DNA of 64,000 nucleotides from positions 4,681,600 to 4,745,599 of the forward strand of contig JBNZDD010013714.1 in NCBI GenBank assembly GCA_050575255.1. The letters run 5' to 3'. Position 1 is the stretch's first letter. The number at the start of each line of letters is the position of its first letter. The position numbers were made by a program, and so were the translations under genes. This document shows positions 26,019 through 38,853 of this stretch, in pieces. The notes beneath the pieces were generated by a model that saw nothing but the letters and a program-made list of their open reading frames with translations, did not search any database and had not been told where the DNA came from. This DNA comes from Harriotta raleighana (lineage: Eukaryota).

Positions 26019-27898
26019 ACTGTATTTAGGTCAGGCTCAAAAATCCATATTTTCTGTGAAGTTGATGTTTTCTGTTTCATACTTGCTTTGCATGTTTGAT
26101 TTTAATTGTGTTGAATTGTGTTGAATCTGCATCTCTCAATGCAGATAGTTTTTGTTTGAAACCTCGGCTCTGTTCCGATGTGTCTGGTCTTCTGCACATG
26201 AATTTGACTTCGAAATCAATAGAAGGCTGTTGAGTTCTAGCCGATTCAACTTTATCAGGAAGACGATTTCGCAGGTCAAGAATGCCCTAAAATGTGTAAT
26301 CTACAGCAACAATCTCATGTCTGTGACTTAATGAATAGCAATGTCACACTAATATAGCAGGGTGTATTTGCTCATCTGAGCTTTAGGTTCATACTGCATT
26401 CCTTCAGCAATAATGGAAAGCATAGCATTGGCAGTGAGTGGAGCTGTAGCTGTCCTGTGAGGCCATTAGATCATAGGGAAATCAATAACAGTCCTGTGAT
26501 CGGCTACTATAGCATTGTGTAACCCCAGACTTCTTATGGAGAATGTTGCTTTGGAACCTTTAATTCTATTACTTTTGTTTCCAAATTGATTAATAACAAT
26601 AATGAACCTGAACCAAATGCATTATATCAGGATTTTTAACCGTCCCAGTGACTGGTTGACTGCGTTGCTTTTCGCCTTGTATTAAAACCATTACTGCTTC
26701 AATAAAATCCTAATGAATGAATGAATGTTCTCTCATTTCATTGTTGTGCAATAAACTTGCAATTGAATTTCAAGTTTGAAGGTAATTTTTTTGGTGAAGA
26801 GTTCAAATATTAATAGGAAGCAATGTGGCAAAGGTCACTTTGTATGTACTGTATGATAAAAAAAGTAAAGTTAGGATCTGAGCTGCCATGAAATATAGAT
26901 AGCGGTTTGTAAACCAAAATGATTTAATAAAACTCTAGTATTCTATGTCGCAGGCTGTCCACCTTCCTAATTCTGTCCCAATGTGAAATGGTGCCACTCT
27001 GTAGCTCCCATAATGTTCAATTATTATAATTCCAATACATTGAAGTATAATATGTAGTGAATCTTTAACAGGGAATCTGAATGGGACTCCTTCCGGTAGC
27101 AGGAAGTAAGTCGAGCCAAAACGAGCTGAACATGACCTTGAATATCAATTGGTCTTTATTTAAAAATTGCACTGGGAATCACTGCATTTTTACACCCCAG
27201 TATACTGATCTAAGTATAAATAGTTCAGTGCATTTTCTATTCTGAAGTATGGATGTGACTAAAATAAACTGTGCCGTCTAAGCTAACCCAGCAAGCTTTA
27301 ATGCAGTCGTTCATTCTCTAGCTCCAATATATTTAACAAGCACTGAAACGAAGGTTAAATTAAGCAGTTCGCTGGTTGGTTTGTGGGCAAAGCAGAAGAG
27401 AGAATAAATGAAGATAAGGCTCAAAGTCCATAAATTTCTAATGCAAGTGTGGGAGTGCAATACTGTCAATTTTGAGGGCTGTTGTTTTTATATTAAGTAC
27501 TTTCATACCATAAAGAATGCTCAGTGAAAATAGCTAGCTTCACATCATCTCGTCCCTAAAGCATTAATGTACTGTTACTTGTATATTAATCGTCTCCTCT
27601 GACATATTTTAGGCTTTGAAAGAAAATTATTGGACACGTTACAGATTCCACACTATGGTGAAAACTATAGAGATAATGTATTATGTACAATCCTATTGTA
27701 TGCATTTCAAGTATCTAGCCTAATAACTGGCATGTAATATTGAACTGAAGAGTAGTCATATGGTTACTTCAAAGCAAATGAAAGTAATATGTTCTGCCTC
27801 ATTCTTCAGACCGCAAATCTATTCTCCCTTAAGAATTAAAACTTAAGAGGAGCTTGTCACCCTAACCATCCAATTTATAAACACAAACTCTACAAATG

Positions 27899-28192
27899 TG
27901 GAGTCATGTAGCTCAGTGGTTAGAGCACTTGTCTTACAAGTGAGAGACCTGGGTTCATTTCCAGGCAGGGCAAAACCTTGGGGGAAGTTTACTTACTCAA
28001 CACGCCTGATAATCAAGAAAATGCCTCAAAATAAACAATAATAAATTAGTCATCTCAATCTACGACTGTTTGTGGGACACTGCTCTGTGCATTTGGCTGC
28101 CGCATTTTGCCCACAAAATATATAGTCAATGTACTTTACATTATATTCTATGAAGTGCTTTGAGACATCTAGAAATTATGATAATTATAACA
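27899..28192 (+). mobile_element. Full-length tRNA-derived SINE
   Basis: Pol III A box tagctcagtgg and B box-like ggttcatttcc, body ctgtttgtgggacactgctctgtgc...ttggctgcc, L2-type tail tgaagtgctttgagac. Confidence 0.88.
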
Positions 28193-28239
28193 ATAAAAAT
28201 ACAGCACAGGAGCGAGACAATCTAAATGGTTACCATCAA

Positions 28240-28968
28240 AATGGTATTTGATGGAGCCACAATTTATAAACCAGAAGGTTTTGCTGGTTTGAATCTTGGT
28301 CCTTGCTGAGTTTGCTTGTCTTAGCCCACAAATATACAGTCAATTTTTCCTACTTTCCTTTCCCTGATCCTCCCCACTGCTCTGATCCCTATTTGACTGT
28401 ACAGCGCCTTGGGACGTCCTCCTGACGTGAAAGGCGCTATATAAATGTAATTTTGATTTGATTAGCCGGGGCTGCAGGACGAGGCTAAGTTCAGCTCAGA
28501 CACTTGCCTATCTTAATGAGGGGAAAACCTGTTAAGGTTCCTGCTCTTGGTCCCTCTACAGCACCCTCTATCAGATGTGCAAGTGTGTGGCAAGAAGGTT
28601 GGGAGACTTCAGGCTCCGCAATGATATTCCGTACCAGTGGTGGCCAATCTTTTTTCGTCGGCCGACCAAATAAATGTTCTTGATTTGTGGCTGTGCCCTG
28701 GACATTGCCACTCAGTAGCTGAGAAACAAAGCATTGATTCGGAACAGATTTATTTGCTTGGACTGGTGCAAATGTTTGGCGGACTCCTTCTTGACAACCG
28801 TATGGGTCATGGGTTGCCATTACTGTCCAATACAGTCAAGGGTTGTGTGCACACGTAACTACCAAGGCTCACACCTAAATGAGGGCTAACATTGGATGGG
28901 GCACCAGAGGAAAACTAGCATCTCTGGGACATCAGACCAGGAGAAGAAAGGTATATACCAGGGCAGAA
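28240..28968 (+). mobile_element. LF-SINE-like ancient element, split by a short insertion
   Basis: Ordered motifs ggtccttgctgagtttgct, gaggggaaaa...ggttcctgctcttg, aggctcacac, ttggatggggcaccagagg and caggagaagaaagg resemble the recalled LF-SINE consensus. Confidence 0.55.
28327..28461 (+). mobile_element. 5'-truncated L2 3' UTR insertion with 6-bp target-site duplication
   Basis: TTAGCC at 28321-28326 and 28462-28467 flanks cagcgccttgggacgtcctcctgacgtgaaaggcgctatataaatg. Confidence 0.8.
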
Positions 28969-29594
28969 TTTTTTTTTTTTTTTTACTAATTCGATACTAA
29001 ATTCACATTAAAAAAGACAGTAACCCATTCTGGGACCTCTTTCTAGGTACAAATCCAAATTGTTTTCTTGTCTTACAGTAACCAGTAAGCTGTGGCTAAA
29101 GACTCTCACAGCTCTGATTTGAAACTTACCCCAGGCCACAACACCAAACTGGCCGCATTCCCATTATTTTTTGTGGTAAATATCCACAGTCTCATAAATT
29201 CTAAACAAGAGTATCAACCAGTAAAAAGTCCTCGACTCATCACTACATGACCGTAGGTTCGCATCGGAACTATCATACTGCCATATGTCCACGATGAATT
29301 CATTTGTAAGTGCTTACACACTGCTTTGTGAGATGACTCATTTGGGGGACAATTTGTAACCTGAGTTCTAAAGAACGCTAACCGCTTATTCATGACCACA
29401 AGTGGAACTTTCCCTGTAAACTGTGAACCTACATGAGGTGATTACTGGAGGTTGTGTTTTCACAGGAATGCAAGGGATCATTTTGTTGCACCTTCTAGTG
29501 AGAAGCCATGTCATTCACCATTATCATTGTTGAGTAAATCATGATTAGCGTTCACACTGGAATTTTAATTTTAAAAATTACAATAACACCAAAA

Positions 29595-29700
29595 ATGCAT
29601 CCTAGTGCTTGCATTTGATACAGCACTTCTAGCACCAAGAAGTCCCAAAGAGCTTCACAGGATTTACCCTGATATGTTATGAAGTGTATTTTGTGCCCAG
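29595..29700 (-). mobile_element. SINE tail fragment
   Basis: cttgcatttgatacagcac...cccaaagagcttcacagg. Confidence 0.6.
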
Positions 29701-31799
29701 ATGCCTAGAGTAGATATTACACTAAATGATCCAGCAGGTTTCTAGTTAGAATTGGGACAGAGTAGTTTATTGAAAGATGAGGTAAGATCTCTAATTAAGA
29801 GTGTCCAATTTCATCTTAATCATTTATAATGGTTATTGGCATGCGGATGCTGTACACCAAATCATTATTTCAAATAAAGATGACTATTTTTGAAGATTAA
29901 TACAAGGTGTTTAGAATTTTGTATTGTCTCTTCGAGTTTCCTTTCCTGATCCACATTCATACCTTTTTTTTCCTGAAATGTGTAAAAATGCAGCATGAAC
30001 TCTTCAGCCCAAATATAAATGGCTCCTGACATTGAGTCAAAAATTTTGATTTTACTCACTGACATCATTGTCGAGCAGTCTTCCACTAGTTAACTCTGGG
30101 ACCTTCCTTACAACCTCCTGAACTGCATCTCATTGTTCCTTAAATGTAGAATTTTTTTCTTCCTTCCAGATAAATGGGCATAATGAGGAACAAATCATAA
30201 TTTGCTGATTTAAGGACGGAGAATGGCAATAAAGAGTGTTTTGAAATATTACAAAATAGCCTATCTGTATTCATTATGTTCTTTTAAGGCCACTTAGGAA
30301 GTGAATCAACATCCTTCAGGCAAAAGAAGTGAATTATACATCTGCTGGCTAACGGGAACAGATAACAGCATCTCATCAGGAAGACCTACACAACTTCCTT
30401 CTTTCTTCCCCAAATGTCAAATGTAATTATTTTGAAAAGCCACATCAACTGCTTCTACAATTCCCAAGCAAATTCTGACATTGTTCATATTTATATTCAT
30501 CTAGTTTAAACCATTTGGTCTGCCTGGTTTTCTGATTCAGAATAAACTGGTTTAAAACACAAAAAGAAGGCTTAGCTGTGGCCACATACATAACTAGATT
30601 TATCATGAGGTGATTTGAAATTAACTTTTAGTTTGAAAGAGACTCCTTGTCTACAGTTATTTTAAAGAAATCGATCATCAACTGAAGGAAACCAGCTGGA
30701 AATCACTCTAGCCTGGGGAAGAAGAGGAACAAAGAGTAAACATTTGGAGTGATTAGACTGAACCAGGGCTCTTAACACACTGAAAAACAATCGCACCATT
30801 TGTATTGTTTCAGCAGACGTTCATAGAAGGCAGGAAGTTATGATTAATGAAGGAAATAATCCTCTAAATCTCAAGTTTAACATTGCATCATACAATTTGT
30901 AAGAGAGCTATTGTTTCTTTTTGCAAAGTGACCCAATTTATAATTCAATGGAAAACTTTTTTTCCAGTTCACACATGTATGTGCAGGGAAGACAAGGATT
31001 CAGTACCTGGGTTTGTCAACAATTACTGAAGTTGTGATGAACAAGATTGAACCATTTTGATCCTGTACGCTGTATGCGTTGACAGCAGGTGGCTTGGGTA
31101 AACTTGGGCTATTATTCTGGTGTTGTGATCAGTTTATTTCAGGATATTTCCATCCGTTGCCTTAAGTCTTTCTCAACAATCTACTCTTTGACCCATTCCT
31201 CTACTTTGGGCTCTGCATGCTTGAATTCTTGTGTGAAGGGAGATTCATTTTTGATTGACGGGTGTGATAAGAAGATATCAAGACTGCCAATCAAATTCAC
31301 AGTTCTTCACATGGGAATGTAAATTTCTGTCCAAAGTCTGTTTAGATGCCCCAAGAGGCTTAGAAGTAGCTGTCTGAAGTTGTTTATTTGCAAGTGAAAA
31401 GCTTATGCAAACATCTCCTTCCATAGTGTTGCTGGAATTAGGTGTGAATAAAGCTTAAATCATAGATAAACATGATAATCTGCTCAGTCGATACTTGGAA
31501 TGAGGTGTGAATTTTTATATTTCTAATTAATTTCAAATTGAAAGATGTGAATTGTACACCTTCAGTAATGTTAAGAAATGATCAGATATAATAAACTTGC
31601 AACTTTCGCATTTCTTACATTTATCTTTCTGAACTTAACTTACTAAACTTTATAGCTTCCTTTTTTGTTTTATTCTCTATTAATGATTACAAAATTCATA
31701 TTTCTTGTTGAAGCTTTTTTTCCATTCAGATTCCATTTCAACCTAGCAGTGAGTTTAGTTGTATTTTCCTGTGTATATTTTGGCACAATGTTAGATTAC

Positions 31800-34500
31800 T
31801 GGCCTCTGACGGGATACAAAGAGTTAAGAGTTTAACCATCTGTAGATCAGATTGTCAATCACATAGTTGAAGAATCTTGTTTTCCACAGTCATGCCTTGG
31901 GGTAGACAGCAGAGGTGAGGGCAAAAGAGTTAACTACAGCATGCAAAAGCTTTTAATTTTGTTTAAAGCTTTGATAAATTCTAGGCTTGCTGAGTAAACC
32001 AGGTTTTGAACCCTCTTGTTTGTGCCCCAGAAGGTCAGGATCACTGTCCTACGATCTTACTTGGTTCAAGTAAATGTGTTGAAAATTTTTGTTACCATCG
32101 CATTACTTTTATTGGCTCCTCATTCCCTATCTTTTTTAATCCTCAAATTTACAATGCACTTTTCACTTTTGCACAATTTCTCTTGCTGGTTTCAGTTCCA
32201 AAATTCTGCCCCCTGATCCCAATCCACCCCACCTAAAGGCTTTGATTTATGCAGAATAGCAGATATGTGAAACAGACTCTCAAAAACATTTGCTGCCACA
32301 TGTCTTCTTAACATCAAATTCCATCATTGCTCTTCCCTTGCATGATACCTTTGTTCTTTTATGTGTGTATTTTTTGCTCCATATTCTCGTCTGCCATCCT
32401 CTCCCCTTTCCTTCTCTATTGTGTTACTTCCAGCTGCCCAATCTTCCTAGGCCTTGCTTGATCCATGATGGGCGAAACTCAAAATATTATGTCTGAGCAG
32501 ACAACAAATTTTCATTTTATTTTAACATGGTCATATGAATAGCTCACTGGGGATAAGGTGGATTGCATGAGGGATACATGTATTTTCTATCAGCAAGGAA
32601 CTAATAAATCATGATGTTATTATCAGAAATTATGGTACAGCTAACTCTTTGAAAGAAGAAATGTTACAAAATAATCTTGCTCAAGACTTCTGACCATATA
32701 ATTAGAAAATGTTAGGATGAAACGACCAAATACTGTAATATTCTGAATTTTACCCTTTATCTGCAGCCACTTTTCTTTTCTTAGAGTCAAATTTAGCATC
32801 TTAAATTTCTGCGAGTTCTGTGTTTTCTATCCTTTTTCGTACAAGCAGCAGTTTGCTGTACCTTAACTGAAGTCTAATTTGCGTTGTTTCTTGACCGGAT
32901 TCTTCAATCAGAAATTTGAATTGTGCAAATTTGTACTCCTTTCCAGTAACTGGAACTATGTCACATTTTCCTATGGGCAAGTGACAGGAATTCTAAAGGG
33001 ATAGCTTAATTTGCAATCCTATAAAGAAAAGCAACCTATTAGTTTCCATCATTTCTAAAAAGGACAACAGATAAATGAATTTTGACAGACTTGTCTGAGC
33101 TTTGCAAAGAGGAATATTAAAGGAGAGTCCCAGATTTATTTTCACACACTCTTGCTAAATATTCACTGAGTTTTCACAGTTTTTAACAGTAAGAAAGCCA
33201 GCTTCTGCCTTTTGACACCAAATGTTTAATGATCTCAATTTGTCCAATAGTATTGACAGACAGAGATCCCAAAAAATCACTTTGCTGCATGTTGAAGCAT
33301 TTCGAGATGCTGTGTAATGACTGAAACTGTACCAAAAATACATTACAAGATATTCTATTGGAAAATCACCTGGGATCCTACAGAACATGTAAAAGGTTTT
33401 CAGAATATTTTTTTTCTGGGACATTAAGATAAAATATAAATCCCTTTTAATTGAATACGTTTCCATAAAATTAGTACAAAAATCCCATAATATTTTTTAA
33501 GGTTGTCATTCGAGAGCATTTCCTGAGCTGCACCTTGGCTATATCAATAAGGCTTTAGTTACAGAAATTCAGTTAATTAATGTGCAGTCATTTTGAAATG
33601 ACACTGCATCCCTGGTGCAGAGCCAGAACATTGTATTCTCTTCAGTTCTGACAGAAAGCAAAGATGAAATATTAATGTAGGCCTGCTCCTTTGCTCTCAC
33701 CACAGAGAGGTGGTTGGAGAGACTGCATTCCTGCAGCCAAACCAGCTTTAATTAATCAGGTCACTTTCTTTTTCAGCCTAGCTCAGATGTTCTTCATCCC
33801 CATAGTGAACAACATACCTGAGAATTCAATCGAAAACTGTCCAACTAATTTCCTCCACAATCCATTGTTCCCTGTGAAGAGCAACCTCTTTTAGCATTCA
33901 TTTGGAGAGCTTGGGTGTTACACTATCCATCTACCGATGCTTCGCTTGCTAACACTCGTATCTCAAACCTGTAAAATAAAACAACAAAATAAGTTCATAC
34001 TGGCAGAATAAGCATTGGCAGGCAGATTCCTTCTGTGAGGAGCAGTTACAGCCATTCCATTAATTTATTAAGTCATTCATTGGAAGGCATTCTCACGATC
34101 ATATTTGCAAGCTGTTATGTGAATAATTTACATCATTTTAGCTGTCTTGTTAGTGATAATCAGGAGACCCACTTACTCTACCTGATCTCCTTTGCTTTCA
34201 TATGCTACATGTCATCGGTTTTCTACATGCCTTGTCGTTCCAGCAGATTTCATTCGAGTTTCTTTATACCGTAGAGAGCTATGGCACTGAAACAATAACA
34301 CCTACATTACATTCCTAATTTTGTGCTGAACAAGTAAATGCTCAACTTTGTCACCTTCAGGATTACAAATTTGCAACAAAAAAAATTTGCAGAGTACAAA
34401 CAGCGGTGAGCATTCAGATTTTGAAAGCTGCTTAGGCAAATTTGACAAAGGACAGATTACCAAAGCTTTCCAGTACCTCGTGAAAACATTATCAGGCTTC
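31800..34500 (-). pseudogene. Decayed multi-exon gene with a PARP/ADP-ribosyltransferase-like segment
   Basis: Candidate exons 34177-34286, 33818-33968, about 33150-33377, 32754-33018, 32492 downward, 32061-32232 and 31800-31933, with AG acceptors, GT donors and several matching phases. Exon 32754-33018 reads LQIKLSL*NSCHLPIGKCDIVPVTGKEYKFAQFKFLIEESGQETTQIRLQLRYSKLLLVRKRIENTELAEI*DAKFDSKKRKVAADKG and splices in frame to HNILSFAHHGSSKA*. Confidence 0.55.
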
Positions 34501-34727
34501 CTATTTAATTCAAATAAAATACAAAGAACCTTTCCTAAAATTACTTGTAGCTGCACTACACGATAAATATTGCATAGCTATGACGACAATAACTTGAGAG
34601 CTAATGAACAGACTAGGGACATCATGAATTCTCGTTTTACATGCTGTAGTTATTTGGTGTATTATAAATATAGTGCAAAGTATTTTGTATAGAATACTAT
34701 GTTTCTTTCAGGAAGCCTTTAAATGTG

Positions 34728-35125
34728 GGGAATGGCTAGCACAATGGCTTAACGCACTTTGCTTTGAGATCTGTATTTGAATCAAGCCCAGGCTGATACT
34801 TTAGTATGAAGGCTTCAATTCTCTAACTGAATTGAATTGGTGTAGTCTCCGTCTACAGTTTGGAGTGAGTGCAAATCCACAACATAAAACTGCCCATAAT
34901 TCAGGACTAATTAGTACAAAATTGGCAGCCTCAATCAGAAAGGCCATGAAGATGGCCCATATGAGAAAAGCCGTACAAGTACCATACAGGATGCTTTTCT
35001 CAGCCTAGGGTTTATAGGCACTTTGCTTCCTCAGTACCTAGGGAGCTGTAACCTTCATCTAACCTGTGGTATGGTACTGCTAGCAGAGCTCACCACTGCT
35101 GATGCTGGGACACAAAGACTCTATG
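34728..35125 (+). mobile_element. Ancient SINE, AmnSINE2-like
   Basis: tcaagcccaggctga...gtctccgtctacagtt...ccacaacataaaactgcc...ttggcagcctcaatcagaaaggcca...ctagggttta.aggcac follows the motif order of the recalled AmnSINE2-type consensus. Confidence 0.45.
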
Positions 35126-35514
35126 CCTTGCTACTGACACCTCTAACTGTGTAAACTCATTGGTCCCAAAACTAGAAATAAAAGCAGTCTTTAAATTCTG
35201 GAGATTATTTGGTGCAAATGTTGGTGGCAAGTGTGTGTTGGGCTACTGCTGGAGTTTAATGGTCTCAAAGCACAAAGCTTGCCATCATTGAGAGTTACCC
35301 GGCAAGTTTCCCACTGCTTGTCCAGCTAAAACTTATTTGGGCTTTGGATTGCAGGGTTAATAGGAGCTGATTGGGAAGACTCGTGCGGGGCGAACCCTTT
35401 GGCAATCTTTTTTATGCAGTATACAGGAATCTGGTTGTTTGTCAACCACTCCGGAACATTGTAAATTGTATAAATGTAAGTTGTTGTTGTTTGTCAATTG
35501 GCAGATCACTTTCC

Positions 35515-35698
35515 AAGGGTAATAAGCCCACTCCCCAAAATTATTCACTCAATCCACGACTGTTTGTGTGACAATTGGCTGCTGTATATCGCCCACAAAA
35601 TACACTGTCAATCCACTAAACAATATATTCTGTGAAGCGCTTTGAGATGTCTCAACCACATGATAAGGCACTATATCAAACGCAAGGATTAATATTAT
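35515..35698 (+). mobile_element. tRNA-derived SINE 3' half (head remnant near 35365-35410)
   Basis: caatccacgactgtttgtg...ctgtgaagcgctttgagatgtctcaaccacatgataaggcactatatcaaacgcaaggatta. Confidence 0.85.
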
Positions 35699-37361
35699 AG
35701 AGGAAAATTAGAGTTCAAGGCACAATGTTGAGCCGAATAGATGAAGCTTTAACTTACATCTGATTTGGAAGTGTTTGTTGATACTATGTTCAAAAAGGAA
35801 AAGGTGTTCCACTCCTTACTGCCAATGCAAATATTCAAGAGCAGAAAAAGAAAGCCTTATGTTTAAAAAAAACTTTGCATAAACACAATGAGCATAGAAA
35901 GGGGTTAATACAAGGCTGAAATAAATCCATTGTTGTACTCCTTCTCCAGAGTATAGCCTTGGTTTATTTGTAAGTACCATTCCCTATCTTCTTAAAAAAG
36001 TCATTAAATGTGACACACATTTCAGGTTTTACAGCATTAATCTATGGCAACAAGCTGAAACCATTACTGGTTCACTGTACAAAACCATCTAGTGCTCCAA
36101 AGAGTGATTTTACAATTTTTTTCTAATCGAGCTGATTAATTGGATTCTTTGTATCTGCAAATTGAAAGCGCACTATTATCTGGTTGTTCTTTGGCAAAAG
36201 CAAACCACCTGGGACCTTGAAGTTTGGACAGGAGTCTGGGACATAAGAGAGTCCCAGAACTATTGTGTGTAGTGAACTATGAAACGTCATTCAGAGGAAA
36301 AACGCCACACATCCTTTATTTATTTGCAGTGAAATATTTATCTGTGACATGAGACTTTGGTAATAGCTTGTCTCTCTTTTCATCTCTCTGATGAATATAG
36401 ACATCTTAGAATGTGTCCTTAATATTTCTCCCATATGAATAATTTCAATTTTGCGCATTTGGGAATGATGCTTTTTTGGACCTGAAAGCCAAACAGTGTT
36501 GTTTCTGCATGAAAAGAAATATCAAACCTTTAATTTTTGTACTTAGACAATCTGTGCAGAGCTAAATTATTTATGTTTGATCTCATAAATAAAAACTCAA
36601 TCAACCAACCCATATATCCATGTTGTGCTGCACCTTTGTGACAATTCACGGAAATTATTTATGCTATTCTCTTTCCTTCAAGTTAAACAATAATAAATTT
36701 AACAAATAAGGGATTGTTTTCAACTGCTAAACTGATTGTTCTGATAGATACTTTTTTAAAAATCACATGACAAATCTACACTTTTTAAATAAAATATTGC
36801 CTTTGAACATTTTAATAGTAATAATAAAATGTGCTTGATCCTTCAATGCTATACTATTGAAACATTATAATTATGTATATATTTCTTTCAGCCTCAATAT
36901 TTTTCTTTTGGAGGGTGGAAATATTTATATTCAGCATATAGCAAATGTTTGAATCGTATGCATTAACACTAGAGTTGGTTATTCCCAGTAGATTATTTTT
37001 TCCATCATTTGAATTCACACCACCCTGAGCCATCACATAGCTGTAATTCTTCCATTCCACATAAATGATGCCTGAACTGCAAAACGTAAAAGTCTAAACT
37101 CCACCTATGTCCATACATATTAAGAGAGAAAGCAAACTATGAGAATTGCACAATGCAATCACAATTATTGCATAAGTAGAAACCAAGCACTCTGAGGCAT
37201 TACCCTGCATGGACAGTGTTATATGAGTGCATGTTGTTGTTGCTGTATAAAACAACATAAGTGTTAATGAAGTAACCATCACAGTCTACATTGGATTGTC
37301 AATTAGTCCTTCTGTGCTACCCATCCAATTTCTCATGAGATTATACTGTACTACAGTATTA

Positions 37362-37678
37362 CTAATAATAGTAATAATCCTGGCATTTGATAAAGCACTT
37401 TTCATGTTTTCTAGATGTCTCAAAGCGCTTCACAGAATATACTGTAAAGAGAATCGACTGTGTATTTGTGGATGAAGCTCGGCAGCCAATTACACAAAGC
37501 ATTGTCCCACTAACAATCATGGATTGAAGTGAACCATTTATTATTGTTTCTTTTCTTGAGGGATTTATTATCAGGTGTGTGGAGTAAGGAAAATTGGCCT
37601 GGTTTTACCCTGCCAGGAAACGAACCCAGATTTCTCACTTGCGAGATGAGTGCTCTAACCCCTAAGCTACAGGACTCC
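37362..37678 (-). mobile_element. Full-length tRNA-derived SINE
   Basis: Tail ataatcctggcatttgata through to head ggaaacgaaccc...gagtgctctaacccctaagctacaggactcc (reverse complement of the 27899 head). Confidence 0.9.
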
Positions 37679-38536
37679 ATCTATTTCACAACACAGAAAG
37701 ATTCACCATCTGCACAAATACGTGGATCACATCACAGCAGCTGTGAAAGCCACCACTAAAACACTTGAGACATTTCAATATCAACAACGGCCTATAATTT
37801 GCAGTCTAGAGCCACAGTGGATTAGACTGAGCTACTAGAGCAGAATCATTGTGCCTCACAAAGTAGCATTTCTTCAGCACATCGGACACTGACTATAAGT
37901 CCCACCACAGAAGGATCATTATNNNNNNNNNNAAAAATCACATGACAAATCTACACTTTTTAAATAAAATATTGCCTTTGAACATTTTAATAGTAATAAT
38001 AAAATGTGCTTGATCCTTCAATGCTATACTATTGAAACATTATAATTATGTATATATTTCTTTCAGCCTCAATATTTTTCTTTTGGAGGGTGGAAATATT
38101 TATATTCAGCATATAGCAAATGTTTGAATCGTATGCATTAACACTAGAGTTGGTTATTCCCAGTAGATTATTTTTTCCATCATTTGAATTCACACCACCC
38201 TGAGCCATCACATAGCTGTAATTCTTCCATTCCACATAAATGATGCCTGAACTGCAAAACGTAAAAGTCTAAACTCCACCTATGTCCATACATATTAAGA
38301 GAGAAAGCAAACTATGAGAATTGCACAATGCAATCACAATTATTGCATAAGTAGAAACCAAGCACTCTGAGGCATTACCCTGCATGGACAGTGTTATATG
38401 AGTGCATGTTGTTGTTGCTGTATAAAACAACATAAGTGTTAATGAAGTAACCATCACAGTCTACATTGGATTGTCAATTAGTCCTTCTGTGCTACCCATC
38501 CAATTTCTCATGAGATTATACTGTACTACAGTATTA

Positions 38537-38853
38537 CTAATAATAGTAATAATCCTGGCATTTGATAAAGCACTTTTCATGTTTTCTAGATGTCTCAAAG
38601 CGCTTCACAGAATATACTGTAAAGAGAATCGACTGTGTATTTGTGGATGAAGCTCGGCAGCCAATTACACAAAGCATTGTCCCACTAACAATCATGGATT
38701 GAAGTGAACCATTTATTATTGTTTCTTTTCTTGAGGGATTTATTATCAGGTGTGTGGAGTAAGGAAAATTGGCCTGGTTTTACCCTGCCAGGAAACGAAC
38801 CCAGATTTCTCACTTGCGAGATGAGTGCTCTAACCCCTAAGCTACAGGACTCC
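38537..38853 (-). mobile_element. Same SINE in the duplicated segment
   Basis: Copy of 37362-37678 at offset +1175. Confidence 0.9.

Noticed and set aside
27899-27975. tRNA-like sequence with A and B boxes
   Set aside because: It is a SINE head that continues into the SINE body, with other degenerate copies in the window.
28491-28820. 109-aa ORF
   Set aside because: Antisense to an LF-SINE-like element, with no recognisable domain.
34361-34405. 45-nt plus-strand micro-exon candidate (cag...gtgagc)
   Set aside because: Isolated, with no partner exons on the plus strand, and it overlaps the minus-strand pseudogene candidate.
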